Assembly: GCA_964549305.1 (NCBI GenBank)
Contig: CAZJVM010000014.1
Span: 1-49,074 of the forward strand
Reading direction: 5' to 3'
DNA length: 49,074 bases
From: an uncultured bacterium
GTDB lineage: Bacteria; Schekmanbacteria; GWA2-38-11; J061
Positions 46,168 to 49,074 of this stretch are shown here, piece after piece (position 1 is the first letter of the stretch; the number at the start of each line of letters is the position of its first letter). A model generated the notes under the pieces. That model was not told the DNA's origin, searched no databases, and worked only from the letters and a program-made list of their open reading frames with translations. A program made the translations under genes and the position numbers.

Positions 46168-47322
46168 TTATAATTTGTTTTCACCTACTATTCTCACAAT
46201 TTCAGGCGCCACAAATACTCTGTTTCTCTTTTTGCCGGTTATTTCCTTTAGAATATTTTTTGAAATCAGTTTGTCGATATTTTTTTGCGCTGCACGGGGT
46301 GTGATTTCGCAGCTTTCGGCAACACGACTCACAGTAACGGCGGGATTTGAAAATAGGCCGTCTATAAGTTTTAGCAGTAGGGCTGATGAGCGTACCGACT
46401 GGAAGGTGTTTCTATACCGCTGGCGAAGAGCAAGCAAAAGGTTTACCCTTTCGACTACATCTCTCGATTGCTCGGCAATGCCTCTGAGAAAAAAGCGAAT
46501 CCAATTTTCCCATTCACCGTTTTGGCTTACCGCAAGAAGAAGCCTGTAATACTCACTTCTGTTTTTTTCGAAATATGCGCTCAGGTAAAGGAGTGGTTTC
46601 GACAAAAGCCCGTATTTATTCAGAAGCGAAACGATGAGAAGCCTTCCAATGCGACCGTTCCCGTCTGCAAAAGGATGAATGACTTCGAATTGAAAATGGA
46701 TGAGCGCGGTTTTTACAAGTCCCGGAAAATGCGATGCCCGGCAAATATAGGATTCAAGACTCTCGAGGGATGCTGACATTTCATCAGGCGGGGGAGGAAC
46801 AAAAAATGCTTCATTAAGATTACATCCTTTTGTCCCTATCCAGTTTTGCGTAGTTCTGAAATTTCCGGGCGTGTTAAATCCCTTGTCAGATCCGGCAAAA
46901 AGTTTGCTGTGCAGTTCTTTTATAAACTCAAGATTGATTTCATTCTCTTGTTTTTCATTAAAAATGGATTCAAGCGCTTGAGCATAATTGGATACTTCCC
47001 TCACATCGGGAAGATCTTTTTCGGAAGTTTGAATGGCTTCAAAGTAAAAGAGGTCCGAAAGAGATGTCTGTGTTCCTTCTATCTGGCTTGAAAGCACGGC
47101 TTCACGCCTGACGAAGGGACTTATGAGAAGTTTTGGGTCGGGAAGAAATTTCAATGAACCTTCAAGACGGCTCAGGCTTCTTTCAGCATCGGATATTTCT
47201 TTTACAAGACTCCACGATAATTCGATATCTGGCGGAAGGGGATTGGGAACAAAAGCTTCATATCCTTGAGGCGCTCTTGTAAAGCTTCCGGTTTTTTTCT
47301 TTTTGAATTCGGAAATATTCAC
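46168..47322 (-). CDS. Fic-family protein (class II-like) with C-terminal HTH
   Basis: HPFADGNGRIGR active site and N-terminal inhibitory motif SSQIEG. Confidence 0.92.
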   Translation of the reverse strand: MNISEFKKKKTGSFTRAPQGYEAFVPNPLPPDIELSWSLVKEISDAERSLSRLEGSLKFLPDPKLLISPFVRREAVLSSQIEGTQTSLSDLFYFEAIQTSEKDLPDVREVSNYAQALESIFNEKQENEINLEFIKELHSKLFAGSDKGFNTPGNFRTTQNWIGTKGCNLNEAFFVPPPPDEMSASLESLESYICRASHFPGLVKTALIHFQFEVIHPFADGNGRIGRLLIVSLLNKYGLLSKPLLYLSAYFEKNRSEYYRLLLAVSQNGEWENWIRFFLRGIAEQSRDVVERVNLLLALRQRYRNTFQSVRSSALLLKLIDGLFSNPAVTVSRVAESCEITPRAAQKNIDKLISKNILKEITGKKRNRVFVAPEIVRIVGENKL

Positions 47323-47502
47323 TTCTTATTATACTTGTGTATTCAAGAACAAAGAAATAATATACATTCAAGATTAAAAGTATAATAAGAAAAGAGAACT
47401 GTCAATTCAATCATATCATCTGTATCTTTATTATACAGGCAGGATTCCTGAAACCATTCGCTTATTTGACAGAAACATCTTTATTTTTATATAGTCTGCG
47501 CA

Positions 47503-47949
47503 ATGAAAAAACTAATTATTATATTCGTGAGCTTCTTTTATCTGGGCTATGCGCCCATAGTTCCGGGAACATTCGGTAGTTTGGGCGGACTGGTTGTTTA
47601 TTATTTTATTGCAGATTTTTCGCCTTATTTGTTTGCAGCGGTGACGATTGTTATTTTTGCGGGAGGGTGTTTTGCCGCAACACGCGCAGAGGAGTATTAT
47701 GGGAGAAAGGACAGCTCGGAGATAGTAATAGATGAAGTCGTGGGGATGCTCATAACTCTTTTCCTAATTCCATTTGACTGGAAGTATATAATAGCGGGAT
47801 TTGTGATTTTTAGAATAATGGACATTATAAAACCCTTTCCCGGAAGAGCAGCGGAAAAAATACCCGGAGGCACAGGTGTAATGCTCGATGATGTTATTGC
47901 CGGCATATACGCAAACATTGTGATGCAGTTAATTGTAAGGTTTTTTTAG
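47503..47949 (+). CDS. pgpA: Phosphatidylglycerophosphatase A
   Basis: PGTFGSL, IVIDEVVG, FRIMDIIKPFP and GVMLDDVIAG motifs. Confidence 0.95.
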   Translation: MKKLIIIFVSFFYLGYAPIVPGTFGSLGGLVVYYFIADFSPYLFAAVTIVIFAGGCFAATRAEEYYGRKDSSEIVIDEVVGMLITLFLIPFDWKYIIAGFVIFRIMDIIKPFPGRAAEKIPGGTGVMLDDVIAGIYANIVMQLIVRFF

Positions 47950-47973
47950 AAGGGATAAATTTGGAGTTTTCTC

Positions 47974-48912
47974 ATGGGCGGCATGGATAACGTATTTTCA
48001 GATGATGAGTTAAGAGAGAAAATTATTGAACTGAAGAAGGAAAAGAATGCCATAATCCTTGCTCATAATTATCAGCGCGACGAAGTGCAGGAGATTGCCG
48101 ACATATGCGGCGATTCTCTCGGATTAAGCATCGAGGCGTCTAAAAGCGATGCCGAAGTGATTGTTTTCTGCGGTGTTCATTTTATGGCGGAAAGCGCAAG
48201 CATACTCTCTCCCGAAAAGGCCGTTATTCTACCGCGACTCGAGGCGGGATGTCCTATGGCGGATATGGTTACCGCGAAAGCGCTTATTGAAAAGCAAAAG
48301 GAGTATCCTCACGCAGAAACAGTTTGCTATGTCAATTCCACCGCGGAAGTAAAAGCCGTAAGTGATATCTGTTGCACATCGGCAAACGCTATTAATGTTG
48401 TCAATTCAGTTGAAAAGGATACGGTCTTGATGGTGCCCGATAAAAACCTTGCAATGAATACGGCAAAGTTTACATCGAAAAAGGTAATCCCGTGGGAGGG
48501 ATTCTGCCCGACACATCACCTGCTGAAAGAGGAGGATGTGATTCGGGCGAAAGAGGACCATCCCTTGGCGCTTCTTGTGGTGCATCCGGAATGTCCTCCC
48601 GATGTTGTTAAGCACGCAGACCATGTTTGCAGCACATCCGGTATGTATAGTTTCGTTAAGGATAATCCTTCCAAGGAATTCATAATTGGCACGGAGCAGG
48701 GAATACTCTACAGAATGAAGAAAGAAAATCCTGACAAGACCTTTCACCTTCCCGCAGACAATGTAATGATATGTCCCAATATGAAGCTTACCCGCCTGAT
48801 AGATGTTTTGAGCGCACTTGAAACACTTTCTCCCGTTGTCGAAGTGGAGAAGGATATTCGGGAGAAGGCATACCGCGCCCTCAAGAGAATGATTGATGTT
48901 CCCCGTGATTAA
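47974..48912 (+). CDS. nadA: Quinolinate synthase
   Basis: [30 protein letters not shown] and CPNMK motifs. Confidence 0.97.
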   Translation: MGGMDNVFSDDELREKIIELKKEKNAIILAHNYQRDEVQEIADICGDSLGLSIEASKSDAEVIVFCGVHFMAESASILSPEKAVILPRLEAGCPMADMVTAKALIEKQKEYPHAETVCYVNSTAEVKAVSDICCTSANAINVVNSVEKDTVLMVPDKNLAMNTAKFTSKKVIPWEGFCPTHHLLKEEDVIRAKEDHPLALLVVHPECPPDVVKHADHVCSTSGMYSFVKDNPSKEFIIGTEQGILYRMKKENPDKTFHLPADNVMICPNMKLTRLIDVLSALETLSPVVEVEKDIREKAYRALKRMIDVPRD

Positions 48913-48940
48913 CTATATACTGGCGCCGTTAACCTTTTGA

Positions 48941-49074
48941 TTTGAAAGCCTAAGCCAGAACCTGTATGACATTTTAAGAAATATTGACGGGAACGGAGAA
49001 GAACTGAAATTGAACGTCATTTTGATTTCCGTTGAAAGCCTTAATGCAAAATATTTGACAAGGTTTGGGGGGAC
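48941..49074 (+). pseudogene. Internal fragment of an LTA-synthase/sulfatase-family gene, lacking its N-terminus (runs off the right edge)
   Basis: Frame reads FESLSQNLYDILRNIDGNGEELKLNVILISVESLNAKYLTRFGG. It is preceded by an in-frame TGA at 48938-48940, and nadA ends only 28 bp before the frame. Confidence 0.55.

Noticed and set aside
46168-47322. Fic toxin-antitoxin module or mobile element
   Set aside because: It carries its own inhibitory SxxxEG motif, and no antitoxin, integrase or flanking repeats are visible.

Overview
AT-rich (by eye about 35-40% GC) bacterial chromosomal window, probably from an anaerobic diderm. Positions 1-13.3 kb hold a co-oriented multiheme-cytochrome cluster: the tail of an upstream cytochrome, an OmcS-like hexaheme, a 10-motif cytochrome, a beta-propeller lipoprotein, an outer-membrane beta-barrel, two CsgG/LpoB-like proteins, a double-PpiC chaperone, and 26-heme and 16-heme cytochromes. 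This matches, from recall, the gene order of the Geobacter omcS-companion (osc) nanowire assembly cluster, but in a genome of very different base composition. A second, orphan OmcS-like hexaheme gene (37888-38919, minus) has its own sigma-54 promoter. It lies downstream of a c-di-GMP-I (GEMM-I) riboswitch, a terminator and an unannotated 38-aa ORF. Two PEP-CTERM genes share a regulatory layout of paired 17-bp boxes 63 bp apart, IHF-like sites and a sigma-54 promoter. The window also carries an aromatic-rich type IV pilin, a MshEN-domain PilB, an MreB with an E-to-Q change at the catalytic position, cofH, housekeeping genes (lepA, lepB, mutS, bioAB, pgpA, nadA) and a decapitated LTA-synthase-like fragment at the right edge. 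No tRNA, rRNA, CRISPR array or IS element was seen. All family calls are by motif recognition only; no searches were run.
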